NCBI GenBank assembly: GCA_031277295.1
Contig: JAITMV010000259.1
Span: forward strand, 1 to 57,955
Source of the DNA: Burkholderiaceae bacterium
GTDB taxonomy: Bacteria; Pseudomonadota; Gammaproteobacteria; Burkholderiales; Burkholderiaceae_C
DNA length: 57,955 nt
Reading direction: 5' to 3'
The notes below the pieces were generated by a model, which saw only the letters and a list, made by a program, of their open reading frames with translations, ran no database searches and was not told the DNA's origin. How positions within the stretch are numbered: the first letter of the stretch is position 1; each line of letters opens with the position of its first letter. Positions 39,182-47,598 of this stretch are shown here, piece by piece. The position numbers and the translations under genes are program-made.

Positions 39182-39270
39182 ATCGCCAGCGCGGTGTACC
39201 CCGATGGGCAAGGGGGCCCCCCCGCAAGGGGGTGGTTGATGTTGGTTCGAGTCCAACCCCGCGCGGCGAT
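39182..39270 (+). ncRNA. tRNA-like RNA lacking an anticodon loop and encoded CCA
   Basis: T arm GTTGG-TTCGAGT-CCAAC; D arm CCCC-GATGGGCAA-GGGG after TA; C/G stem capped by GCAA; extended acceptor stem. Confidence 0.75.
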
Positions 39271-39278
39271 ATCTCCCC

Positions 39279-40523
39279 TCACAACTGGCCGTCCACCAGT
39301 TCGTAGCCGTGGCCCAACTGGGTCTTGACCTGCGCGGCATCCAGCACCCGGCCCGTATCCAGCACGTTGAACGTCCCGGCCTTCTTGACCTGGTAATTGA
39401 TCTGCACCACCAGCTTCTTGGCCTGCGGCCCCACGTCGTAGACCAGCAGGTAAGCCGGTTGCTTGTGCGTGGTATCCAGCACCACGGCTTGTGGATTTAG
39501 CAGATGCTCCGGCAACCGCTTGTACCAGTCCAGCGGGATCTGGTTGGTTTTGACGCTGCGGAAGGTGTGGATGACGTCCTGGTCGCGCACCATGACCTCG
39601 GCGGTTTGCGGCGTCACGCCAAAGCGCTGCGCGGCGGCCACCCATTTGGGGTCGAGCGCGCCCACCAGCATGTGCTGCCCGCGCGGCCACATGCTTTGCA
39701 GCGCGGCATCGACGAACAGACCGAAGGCCAGCGTCTTTTCGCGCAACAGCGTTGGCGCCAGCGCCTGGTACATGGCCGCGCCGATGGGCGCGTCGAGCTT
39801 GATCAGCTTGTCGTCAATCAGCGCCTGCAAGGGCGTGTCGGCGTGGGCGCCGGGCGCGTAGTCCCAGCCCTTGTCGATGCCCACCGGCGCGCCGGTCTTG
39901 GGGTCAATGGCGTCCCAGCCGGGCGGCGGCTCTTTGTAGTCGCCGCGCTCATACTCGGCAGGCGTGACCGGCGTCACGCGGCACTGGCAGCCCCAGCCGT
40001 TGGGCGGGTAGTGCGCGACCCAGAACGGGTGGTCGTGGCGCAGCGTCAGGCCGTGCCAGGCCACGTGCAGCGGGCGCGGGTGCAGTACGCTGTCGCTGTG
40101 CATGTAGCGCCAGTACGGCGCGATCTTGAGCATGTCAGCGTCCAGCAACTGCCGCCTGAATCCGGCGGCATAGCTGGTGCGTAGGTTGGTCTGGTAGATC
40201 ACGCGCGTGCGCCAGGCCACGCCGTCGGCGCTGCCCTCGCCCGTCCAGCCAGTCCAGCCCGAGCGGGCCACCGCGTCGGCAAAGTCTTGTCGAAATTTGC
40301 CAATGCTGCCGCCGCTGACGGCCTTATCGACCGCCTGGCGCAGATCATTCAGCAAGTCGGCCTTCTGCGCGCCCGCGACGATAAAGGCGCGGTCGTGCGC
40401 CGCGCCGATGATGTCGTCCCAGCGTTCGGTCGGCAAGTTGAGCTTGGCGCGAAAGAAGTCGATCTGTTGCAGGAACTTCTGGATCACGCCCTCGACGGTG
40501 GCCGTGATAGTGCCGGCGGCCAT
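39279..40523 (-). CDS. MuF (Mu gpF) minor head protein with C-terminal nuclease-like (PBECR-type) extension
   Basis: RAFIVAGA, IYQTN, RPLH and YPPNGWGCQCRV MuF motifs; ~140-aa tail with HTFRSVK and LPEHLLNPQAV. Confidence 0.88.
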   Translation of the reverse strand: MAAGTITATVEGVIQKFLQQIDFFRAKLNLPTERWDDIIGAAHDRAFIVAGAQKADLLNDLRQAVDKAVSGGSIGKFRQDFADAVARSGWTGWTGEGSADGVAWRTRVIYQTNLRTSYAAGFRRQLLDADMLKIAPYWRYMHSDSVLHPRPLHVAWHGLTLRHDHPFWVAHYPPNGWGCQCRVTPVTPAEYERGDYKEPPPGWDAIDPKTGAPVGIDKGWDYAPGAHADTPLQALIDDKLIKLDAPIGAAMYQALAPTLLREKTLAFGLFVDAALQSMWPRGQHMLVGALDPKWVAAAQRFGVTPQTAEVMVRDQDVIHTFRSVKTNQIPLDWYKRLPEHLLNPQAVVLDTTHKQPAYLLVYDVGPQAKKLVVQINYQVKKAGTFNVLDTGRVLDAAQVKTQLGHGYELVDGQL

Positions 40524-40527
40524 CGCG

Positions 40528-42051
40528 CTACTCCAGCGGCGGCGCGGCGTTGCGGGCGTCGTAGATGCCGGCCAGCGTGGCGGCGGTCAGCGCCAGTTCG
40601 ATCAGCCGCGCCAGTTGATCGGTGGGCAGATCGCCCCAGGCGACCTCGATGCTGGCGCGCAGCTCGTCGGGGCTGTCGGCGGCCTGCGTCATGGCCCGGA
40701 TGCGCGCCATCCAGTCAGCCAGCACGATGTCGCCCGCATCGCCCAGGTTGCCGGCCAGGATGTCGGCGGCCGTCGGCGGCTGGGCAGGATTGCCTTCGGC
40801 GAACAACGCGCCGCGCGTGTCGCCGGCTTTGGCGGCAGGCAGATCAGGCGCCGCCTCCCAGTGCTCGCCATACCTGGCCCGCACACCGTCCAGCGTCATG
40901 CGCCAGCCCATGCTGGCCACGTTCACGTCGGTATCGCTGGCGGCCTTCAGGTCTTCGTCGGCCTTGATCACGCGATAGACCTGACACGGCGCCAGGCCGT
41001 TGTACTCGCATATCCACCTGATCAGGGTGTTGTTGAGCGTCTCGCTCAGCAAGTCGCTGTCGGCCTGGCTCAACTCGATGCGCACCTGCTCACGCTCGAC
41101 GCTGGCCGCCGCCAGCGCGCCGCCACTGGCTCCGCGCGGCGACTGGCCCAGCAGCACCTCGGCCACCCAATCGTCCATGTACTCGACCAGGCTCTGCTGG
41201 GTGGTGATGTTGCCGCTGATCTTGGCCTCCAGCAGCGTCACGTCCATGCCTTCGGGCGTCATCAGCGCGCCGTCGTTGCTCATGGCGCGCAGGGCGTCGA
41301 ACAACGTCCGCTTGGCTTTCTGGTCTGCTCCGGGCGGGTATTTGCCGTGCGGCGTGGGACTGCCGAAGCGGTCATTGAGCTTGTTCCAGCTCACGATGCC
41401 CTTGCGCTTGAAGAACACCGGCCAGTACAGTTGCAGCCCCAGGCCGGTTCCGTAGGGGTTGTCGTCATCGGGGTTGATGCGGTGCACGACAAATTTGCGC
41501 CCCGGCAATGGCACACCACGGATCATGTCCTCGCGCACCAGCATGCGCAGTTCGGTCGGCGCGTCGGCGTCGGCTTGCAGGTAAACGAAGCGCCGCTGCC
41601 GGTGCGCGATCAGACGCTCGGGCGCGATCAGGCCATCGCGCTCGACCCAGATGATTTCAGCCGGCACAAAGCCGAACAGCAGCGCCTCCATCAGCTCCAG
41701 ACAAGCGGCGTCGAAGTTCATGCGCTTGAGCAGCGCTGAGACGATCTCGGCGTCGCGCTGGCGGCCCGGCTCCACCGGCTCCACCTGCCAGGGCCGGCTG
41801 ATGATGGCCAGCTTGCGCTTTTGCAGCCCGGCGAACACCTTGCCATCGCGCTTCAAGTCACGGTAAATGTCGTAGGCAGTTGAGCCGCCGCCGCCGCGCT
41901 CCAGCAGCAGCGGATCATTGCTGCGCAGCACACCCAGGTAATAGGTCTCGAACGGGTCGAGCAGCCGGTGCGCGACCTCGGCGTCAAGGATCGGAGCCGG
42001 TACGCCGCCCTTGGCGCGGCGCGGCGACTTTTGCGTGGATTGGTCAGCCAT
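40528..42051 (-). CDS. Portal protein (Mu gp29 / DUF935)
   Basis: LQKRK, DNPYGTGL, FGSPTPHGKY and LLGQ motifs. Confidence 0.93.
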   Translation of the reverse strand: MADQSTQKSPRRAKGGVPAPILDAEVAHRLLDPFETYYLGVLRSNDPLLLERGGGGSTAYDIYRDLKRDGKVFAGLQKRKLAIISRPWQVEPVEPGRQRDAEIVSALLKRMNFDAACLELMEALLFGFVPAEIIWVERDGLIAPERLIAHRQRRFVYLQADADAPTELRMLVREDMIRGVPLPGRKFVVHRINPDDDNPYGTGLGLQLYWPVFFKRKGIVSWNKLNDRFGSPTPHGKYPPGADQKAKRTLFDALRAMSNDGALMTPEGMDVTLLEAKISGNITTQQSLVEYMDDWVAEVLLGQSPRGASGGALAAASVEREQVRIELSQADSDLLSETLNNTLIRWICEYNGLAPCQVYRVIKADEDLKAASDTDVNVASMGWRMTLDGVRARYGEHWEAAPDLPAAKAGDTRGALFAEGNPAQPPTAADILAGNLGDAGDIVLADWMARIRAMTQAADSPDELRASIEVAWGDLPTDQLARLIELALTAATLAGIYDARNAAPPLE

Positions 42052-43447
42052 AGAGGAATCCGCTGGTATCGACCGCCGACCAGCGCGGGCCGGTGCTCAT
42101 GTATTCGATGGGCGCCGACGGTTGCGCCGCCGCATGCCGCGCCAGCGCCAGCGCCCAGAAGTGGTCGGCATGGCCGTTGGCGGTGCGCTCGGCGGTAAAG
42201 CGCACATTACCGGCGCTACTCACCTGCTTGGTCAACTGCCGCAGATCGGCGCGTATCTTCGGATCGTGCGGGATGCGGATGGCGCGGTCTTCCATCGCGC
42301 CGCGCACCGGGTAGGCCAGCTCCTCCTTCACGCGCGCCGTGAAGGTGACGGCCTCGACCCGGTGCGCGCCGTATTTGTCCTGCGCGTCATCGGCCCAGCC
42401 GATGCCAAGGCCAGTGGCGTCGATGCACACACGCGCGCAGCGTTCGATCCACGGCCACAAAATGGCCTCCTGCTCGGACTTGCGCATGTTGCGTAGCGCC
42501 TCGACGTGGCGGGTGTACAGCACGCTGCCCAGCAACTCGGCCACCCACAGCACGGTCAGGTCTTTCTTGCGCCCGATGTCGATGCCGGCGTACAAACGCG
42601 GCGTGGCGCTCTCGATCAGCGTCCAGTCGATGCCGCGCGGGTACTCGCAGCTCGCGATCAGGTCGTATTCCAGAAACGCGGCATCGTCGTCGGCGGGGTT
42701 GCACAGGTACTCCTGCTGGAATGACTCCTCGTCGGCGCAACCCTTGCGGATGTAGTCGAAGTACGCCGCCTCGTCCATCGCCTGACGTTCGTCGCCCTCG
42801 GGCAGCATCTGCTGGAGCTTGTACAAAAAGCCCTGATCCAGCGCGTCTTGCAGCGTGACCCGGTGCAGGCTGATGTTCTTCGGGTTGCCGCTTTCGCGCG
42901 CCTCGCGCACCAGTTGGTTGAAAAAGTTGTTGCTGCCCCGGTGGGTGGAGATCACCTCCATGTTGCCGCCCCAGGTAATGCCGGGGTAGGCAATGCTCCA
43001 CAGCTTGCGCGGGTCGGGGTGCAGGGCAAACTCATCCAGTACGCGCCCGCCGCGCTTGCCGGCCTGCGCGTCGGGGTTGCTGCTCATGCTGTGGATGCGC
43101 CGGCCGCTGGCAAATTGCAGCACGTAGGCGCTGATCTTGTCCTTGGGGTCGAGTACCACCTCACCCAAGTCTTGCGCCGCCAGGTTCATGATGGCGGCCC
43201 AGGTCTTGCAGTCCTCCACGAACAGGCGCGCCTGCAAGTCGTCGCGGCTGCTGACCCACTGGTCGTGCCGCGCACCCTGCGCGGCGGTGCGCTCGTCGCA
43301 GGCGTAGGCGGTGCACCACGACAGGCCGATCTGGCGGCCCTTTTCCATCAACTTCAAGCGGGAGGCGTCCTTGATCCAGGCCGACTGGTACGGCAGGAAG
43401 ATGGCGTCCCGGTCGGCCGGTATGACCTTGGCGTTGCCGAGCGCCAT
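42044..43447 (-). CDS. Terminase large subunit (Mu gp28-like)
   Basis: KGRQIGLSW, VLDEFA, GIDIGRKKD, IDATGLG and HADHFWA motifs. Confidence 0.95.
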   Translation of the reverse strand: MALGNAKVIPADRDAIFLPYQSAWIKDASRLKLMEKGRQIGLSWCTAYACDERTAAQGARHDQWVSSRDDLQARLFVEDCKTWAAIMNLAAQDLGEVVLDPKDKISAYVLQFASGRRIHSMSSNPDAQAGKRGGRVLDEFALHPDPRKLWSIAYPGITWGGNMEVISTHRGSNNFFNQLVREARESGNPKNISLHRVTLQDALDQGFLYKLQQMLPEGDERQAMDEAAYFDYIRKGCADEESFQQEYLCNPADDDAAFLEYDLIASCEYPRGIDWTLIESATPRLYAGIDIGRKKDLTVLWVAELLGSVLYTRHVEALRNMRKSEQEAILWPWIERCARVCIDATGLGIGWADDAQDKYGAHRVEAVTFTARVKEELAYPVRGAMEDRAIRIPHDPKIRADLRQLTKQVSSAGNVRFTAERTANGHADHFWALALARHAAAQPSAPIEYMSTGPRWSAVDTSGFLYG

Positions 43448-44013
43448 CACTTGATCCCCAGCGCGTTGCGGATTGCCGCCTGAGTCTCCGGCGTCACGCC
43501 GCCCTTGGCGCCCAGCGCGTCCAGCTTCTTGCGCTGCTGATCGAGCAAGCGCTTCTCCGTCGCGGCTTCCACATCGGCCTGGAACTTCTTCAGGTTCACG
43601 CTGGAGCGCGTCAGCGTGGCGATGTTCTTGGCCGCCGCCGACAACATGCCGACCCGCTCGCCCTGGTCGATGTCGGGGTCATCGGCCTCTTGCAAGGCGA
43701 GGATGGCCTCGAACAATTCCGTTTGCACCAGCGCCGTCAACGCCTCGCTGCGCGCGTCCTGGCTGTCGCCCGCGTGCTCGCGAATCATGCGCGCCGCCTC
43801 GGTGCTGGCCTTGATCGCCGCCAACCTCTGTTCCAGCTTTTGGCCATAGCGGTGCATGGCTGAGCGACTTGGCAAGCCGCCCGCCGGCTGTGGAAAGCGC
43901 TGCTGCAACTCGGCGATCAACTCATCCAGCGTCAGCTTGCCCTCGGCCAGGCGCTGCTCGATGTGCTGCCTGACCTCGGGCGGCAAACGGCTGACGGTGC
44001 TTTTGCGGCCCAT
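43447..44013 (-). CDS. Terminase small subunit (Mu gp27 / DUF3486)
   Basis: MGRKSTVSRLP and SRSAMHRYG motifs. Confidence 0.9.
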   Translation of the reverse strand: MGRKSTVSRLPPEVRQHIEQRLAEGKLTLDELIAELQQRFPQPAGGLPSRSAMHRYGQKLEQRLAAIKASTEAARMIREHAGDSQDARSEALTALVQTELFEAILALQEADDPDIDQGERVGMLSAAAKNIATLTRSSVNLKKFQADVEAATEKRLLDQQRKKLDALGAKGGVTPETQAAIRNALGIK

Positions 44014-44025
44014 GCAAGCAATCCC

Positions 44026-44340
44026 TTACCAGTACTTGGCCGGGCGCGCGATCCCCGGCTCGCAATCCACCGTGTACTCGGCCACGTCCACGCCGTGGCG
44101 CGTCAGCTCTGCAAACCACTTACCGTCAGGCCGCTTGGTTAACTCCAGCAGTTCCCGGTCGTGCAGGTAGTCCAACTCGCGCCTCAACTCCATCGGGGTC
44201 GCGTCCGGGTACTCGGCCTGCGCCACCGACAGAATCGGCCCCTCGAACGCACCGATGGGCCGCGCGTTGTTCAAGGTCAGGATGATGAGCCAGCGCAACG
44301 CTTCGCGTCGGATGCGTTCCTGGTCGATAGTTGTGGTCAT
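44026..44340 (-). CDS. Mu gp26-like winged-helix protein
   Basis: LTRHGVDVA...PGIARP motif; conserved position. Confidence 0.8.
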   Translation of the reverse strand: MTTTIDQERIRREALRWLIILTLNNARPIGAFEGPILSVAQAEYPDATPMELRRELDYLHDRELLELTKRPDGKWFAELTRHGVDVAEYTVDCEPGIARPAKYW

Positions 44341-44729
44341 TGGGTTCCATCCCTTTTTTCAAGAGCGGCGCGCAGCGTCACGTTGTCGATCTTGGCCGCC
44401 AGCCCATCGAGCTTGGCCTCCACAATCGACTGGCCGCGCACGTAGTCCTCGCGCCGCACGTAATGGATCGGCATTTCCGCCTGCCAGCGCAAGAAGTCAC
44501 GCTCAACGCGCTGCCAGTTGTCGCCTTCGGAGCGCGCCGCCAACTCAATGGCGTCCAGTCGCCGCGACAGGTGCTCGTGATTCGCCATGCGCGCCTGCTC
44601 CTGCGCCTTGAACCGGTCTTCCAGGTGCCGCTGCATTTGCGACAGCATCAACTTGCCGGCCCCCGCGCTGGCGCCGACGAAGCTGATGACCAAGGACACG
44701 ATGTGCCAAAAATCAAGCTGAATCGTCAT
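44337..44729 (-). CDS. Mu gp25-like membrane-anchored coiled-coil protein
   Basis: N-terminal TM helix; P..YVRRED motif. Confidence 0.75.
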   Translation of the reverse strand: MTIQLDFWHIVSLVISFVGASAGAGKLMLSQMQRHLEDRFKAQEQARMANHEHLSRRLDAIELAARSEGDNWQRVERDFLRWQAEMPIHYVRREDYVRGQSIVEAKLDGLAAKIDNVTLRAALEKRDGTQ

Positions 44730-44983
44730 CGCCGCCCCCCCATCCAGTCCAGCAAATTAACCATGCGCCCGGCGCACACGCCGTACAGGTCATAAAGCTC
44801 CTTCAGCGCCACGGCCACGGCGTCAACCTCTTTTGCCGGCGCTGGCGGCGGGATGGGGCAGCGCACGGCGTATTCCGCCGGCAGCGGCTTCGGCGGCACG
44901 CTCACGGGCGGCTTGTAGCTGGCGCATGACGTCAGCAGGAAAAGAGCAGCCAACGCGGCTGGCGGCGGTAGAAGCGAGCGCAT
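44726..44983 (-). CDS. o-spanin (Rz1-like) lipoprotein
   Basis: LLTSC lipobox, Pro-rich, overlaps i-spanin in another frame. Confidence 0.8.
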   Translation of the reverse strand: MRSLLPPPAALAALFLLTSCASYKPPVSVPPKPLPAEYAVRCPIPPPAPAKEVDAVAVALKELYDLYGVCAGRMVNLLDWMGGRR

Positions 44984-45239
44984 GGCGTATCTCCTGGCTG
45001 GTCTTGCGGTCTGCCGCTTCGCGCAGCGACATGGTCTGGCGCATGGCCGTACTGGCTGCGTTGGCCTGTTCAATCAAGGCGGTGTGCGAGCCGATGATTC
45101 CGCTCAGATCGGCCACCGCTTGGGCGTCCTGCCTGGCTTGCTGCTTGGCCAAACCATCGGCCTGGCCCACCGCGTAGCCGCCCGCCGCGCTCACCAGCGC
45201 GGCGACCACCATGCCCAACAGCCACCCAGCGGCGTTCAT
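44823..45239 (-). CDS. i-spanin (Rz-like)
   Basis: N-terminal TM, helical periplasmic domain with Cys; follows endolysin. Confidence 0.8.
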   Translation of the reverse strand: MNAAGWLLGMVVAALVSAAGGYAVGQADGLAKQQARQDAQAVADLSGIIGSHTALIEQANAASTAMRQTMSLREAADRKTSQEIRHALASTAASRVGCSFPADVMRQLQAARERAAEAAAGGIRRALPHPAASAGKRG

Positions 45240-45874
45240 AGGGTTGGCCCCCACAGTGCGTAGCGCGGCTGCAAATCGATCAGGATGCGCTTGGGGTAGC
45301 CCAGGTTCTCCGCGCAGTGTTTGATGGACCGGCTGGCGCGGCCACAGGCGGTGTCCACCTGCTCGCGCCTCGGCTCCGGCAAGCCTGTGGCGCGCGCCTC
45401 ATTGCGCCAGTGCCCGATGCCGCCGTTGTAACCGCGCAGCGCCACCCACATGCGGTCGCGCGCCGCGTAGCGCGCCGGCGCCTGGCCGTACAACTGCTGG
45501 TCATAGGTCACCATCGCCCGCATCGCCCACGACGGGTTGTACGGCTCGCCCCTGATCAGCGCCGGATCAACCGTCGCGATCCAGCGCGCGGTGGCTGGCA
45601 TGAACTGCGCCAACCCCAGCGCGCCCACGGGCGACACCGCATCGGGCCGCCAGCCGCTCTCCTGGTGGATTTGTGCCGCGAACACCGGCACCGGCGCGTC
45701 CAGCCCCCACACCGAACGCGCCGTGCGCGTCAATTCGGCGCGGTACGCCAGCGCCGCGTGCGGCGGCTGCTCAGACTGCGCCGGCGCGGGTGTGCAACTG
45801 AGCAGCGCCAGCGGCGCCAGCGCCACACTGAACGCCAGACGCCGGGGAAGAAGGCAGCGCAAGGCCAACATCAT
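45236..45874 (-). CDS. Endolysin, SLT lytic transglycosylase
   Basis: QIHQESGW, GLAQFMPAT and GYNGG motifs; N-terminal hydrophobic signal. Confidence 0.92.
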   Translation of the reverse strand: MMLALRCLLPRRLAFSVALAPLALLSCTPAPAQSEQPPHAALAYRAELTRTARSVWGLDAPVPVFAAQIHQESGWRPDAVSPVGALGLAQFMPATARWIATVDPALIRGEPYNPSWAMRAMVTYDQQLYGQAPARYAARDRMWVALRGYNGGIGHWRNEARATGLPEPRREQVDTACGRASRSIKHCAENLGYPKRILIDLQPRYALWGPTL

Positions 45875-46245
45875 CACATCCCCAGCGCCACGCCAATTAC
45901 CACCGCGCCCACAATGATGGCGCGTCGCAGCAGCGCGGCGGCGAAGACCCACCGGTAATTCAGCACAACGGGGCAATCCACAATCCCGTCCGGCGCCGTG
46001 CCCGTGCCGCGCCACTCGCGCACCAAATAACCGTCGGGCCGGGCATAAGGAAACAACCCCCTGTCCAGCCAGTACCCCAGCACACCGGCCAGCGCGATCA
46101 GCGCGGCCTTGTACAGCGCCACAGGCAATTGCACCGGCGAAACCAGGGCAATCACCGCCAGCAACACAACAGCGGCGACCAGCCAAGCCGTGGTGCGCGG
46201 CAGGCGGAGCAACGCGACGCTGATGAATTGCAGCGCCTTATTCAT
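45874..46245 (-). CDS. Putative 3-TM holin
   Basis: GYWLDR.LFPYARP and RRAIIV motifs; SD AAAGGAG. Confidence 0.85.
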   Translation of the reverse strand: MNKALQFISVALLRLPRTTAWLVAAVVLLAVIALVSPVQLPVALYKAALIALAGVLGYWLDRGLFPYARPDGYLVREWRGTGTAPDGIVDCPVVLNYRWVFAAALLRRAIIVGAVVIGVALGM

Positions 46246-46511
46246 GCGCGGCTCCTTTGGCGGATTCCCAGCGCGACGGCGTGAAGCCGCAGCGCGCCGA
46301 GACACTCATGTAGCGCCACTCCGGCAGATGCGCGCAGTGACCGAATCCGCTCAGGGCAAGCGTTGAGCGATGGGTGGAAAACCGTGCGCAGCCTCCGCAG
46401 CGCGGCGGCTCGGCATGTGCGGTAGTGACGGGCGTTGAACTCAACGGAAGACTCCTGAACTGACAGCCATCGGTATCGATGGCTGTTAGTGTCAGGAATG
46501 GCGGCGGGGAT

Positions 46512-46532
46512 GTCTTGTGAACGGGTTCACAA
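46512..46532 (-). promoter_or_regulatory. Putative activator-dependent late promoter site (lysis operon)
   Basis: Identical 21-mer to 38307-38327. Confidence 0.75.
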
Positions 46533-46608
46533 AGCGAGGCGGCGGCGTGGGTAGCTACCGGCTGCAATACAACGGCCAGCGTGATGCACCGCCGCGCGGG
46601 TGCCTAAG

Positions 46609-47001
46609 CTATGGATTGGAGCGGTACTTGGCCCGGAAATCGTCTTCCATTTTTTCGCACATACTGGCGACGATGCGGGCCGTGTCCGGCGGCAAGGATT
46701 TGCGGCTTTGATCCTGCCAGCATAGCTTGATGACTTCGCGCGCCTTTTGTTTCTCGCGCGCCTCTGGCGTCTCGCCGACCGTAGCGCCAAAGATCAAGAA
46801 TGCCACGAACAACAAGACCGGGATCAGTATCCACAACCACCACGTAGACCCCTTGCTCTTCGCCGACGCTGACGGGGCCGATGCGCTGGCGCCTGCCTGT
46901 GCCGCTAGTGCGCCTTGCCCCACTGGCGCGCCGCAATGTGGGCATGTCGCTGCCAGGTCGCTAACTTGGCCTTTGCATTCTTTGCATTGGATGAGCGCCA
47001 T
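46609..47001 (-). CDS. Zinc-ribbon, single-TM hypothetical protein
   Basis: MALIQCKECKGQVSDLAATCPHCG, TM helix, C-terminal Cys pair; SD GAGG. Confidence 0.8.
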   Translation of the reverse strand: MALIQCKECKGQVSDLAATCPHCGAPVGQGALAAQAGASASAPSASAKSKGSTWWLWILIPVLLFVAFLIFGATVGETPEAREKQKAREVIKLCWQDQSRKSLPPDTARIVASMCEKMEDDFRAKYRSNP

Positions 47002-47011
47002 GATTGTTCCC

Positions 47012-47542
47012 TCACCTCGCGCGCTTTTCGCGCGCTGCCCGGCCTGCGCTGCTGGCGGCCTTGTTTGGCTTTGCTGCGGTCTGCTCAAGCGCATCGCGCA
47101 CCTGCGTGATCGACTCGGCAAGATTAAAAAACGCCTCGAACTCCACCACCCGCAGCTTGGCCAGCATAGCCGCTAGTTTCCCAATGCGTTCGGGTGACGG
47201 ACCAGGGCCGTAGTGCGCTATCAAGTTGCGCACCTGCTCCACATCGGCACCCGCATCAACGGCGCCTGAAATGCGCTCCTGCATTGCGTTCAGGTGTGCA
47301 ATGGCCTTGTTCGTGATGCCCTTGAGCACGTAGTCCTCGTCGATGCCTAGCTCGGGGCTTTGCCGCACCAGGGCGCGCAACTCTTTCTCAGGGAATGAGC
47401 CACGAATCTTTCGCTTGTTGTATGCGGCTGGCTCCATGCCCAGAGCCTCAGCCAGATCTTTATCTGTCTGCACGTGCAACGCTTCTTTCAGCCGTAGTGC
47501 TGCGCGCTCAAAAGAAAAGAAATCCAAGGCAACCCCTTGCAA
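47012..47542 (-). CDS. Prophage repressor (CI-like HTH)
   Basis: RLKEAL...DKDLAEALGM...K.RGSFP; divergent from Ner/Cro-like gene; start uncertain. Confidence 0.8.
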   Translation of the reverse strand: MQGVALDFFSFERAALRLKEALHVQTDKDLAEALGMEPAAYNKRKIRGSFPEKELRALVRQSPELGIDEDYVLKGITNKAIAHLNAMQERISGAVDAGADVEQVRNLIAHYGPGPSPERIGKLAAMLAKLRVVEFEAFFNLAESITQVRDALEQTAAKPNKAASSAGRAAREKRAR

Positions 47543-47582
47543 AGTCTAAAAATCAACATACAATGTCTATAAATGGACATTG
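47537..47582 (+). promoter_or_regulatory. Early promoter/operator region
   Basis: TTGCAA-16 bp-TACAAT; GTCTAWAAAT at 47544 and 47565; dyad CAATGTC-N8-GACATTG at 47561-47582. Confidence 0.6.
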
Positions 47583-47598
47583 ATCGTAGGTGCCACAC

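Noticed and set aside
39182-39270. Calling the cloverleaf a functional decoding tRNA or an attachment-site remnant
   Set aside because: No 7-nt anticodon loop with U33, no CCA, bulged acceptor stem; the phage integrates by transposition and its ends lie elsewhere.
38344-39306. Plus-strand 320-aa and 294-aa ORFs
   Set aside because: Antisense to gpG, cross a terminator at 38462-38491, no recognisable motifs.
39175-39690. 171-aa minus-strand ORF as a MuF immunity protein
   Set aside because: Almost fully overlaps muF in another frame and has an Ala/Gly/Arg/Pro shadow composition; not formally excluded without Ribo-seq.
40207-41739. 510-aa plus-strand ORF (also 26097-27527 and 37235-38269)
   Set aside because: Antisense shadows of portal, tape measure and protease genes.
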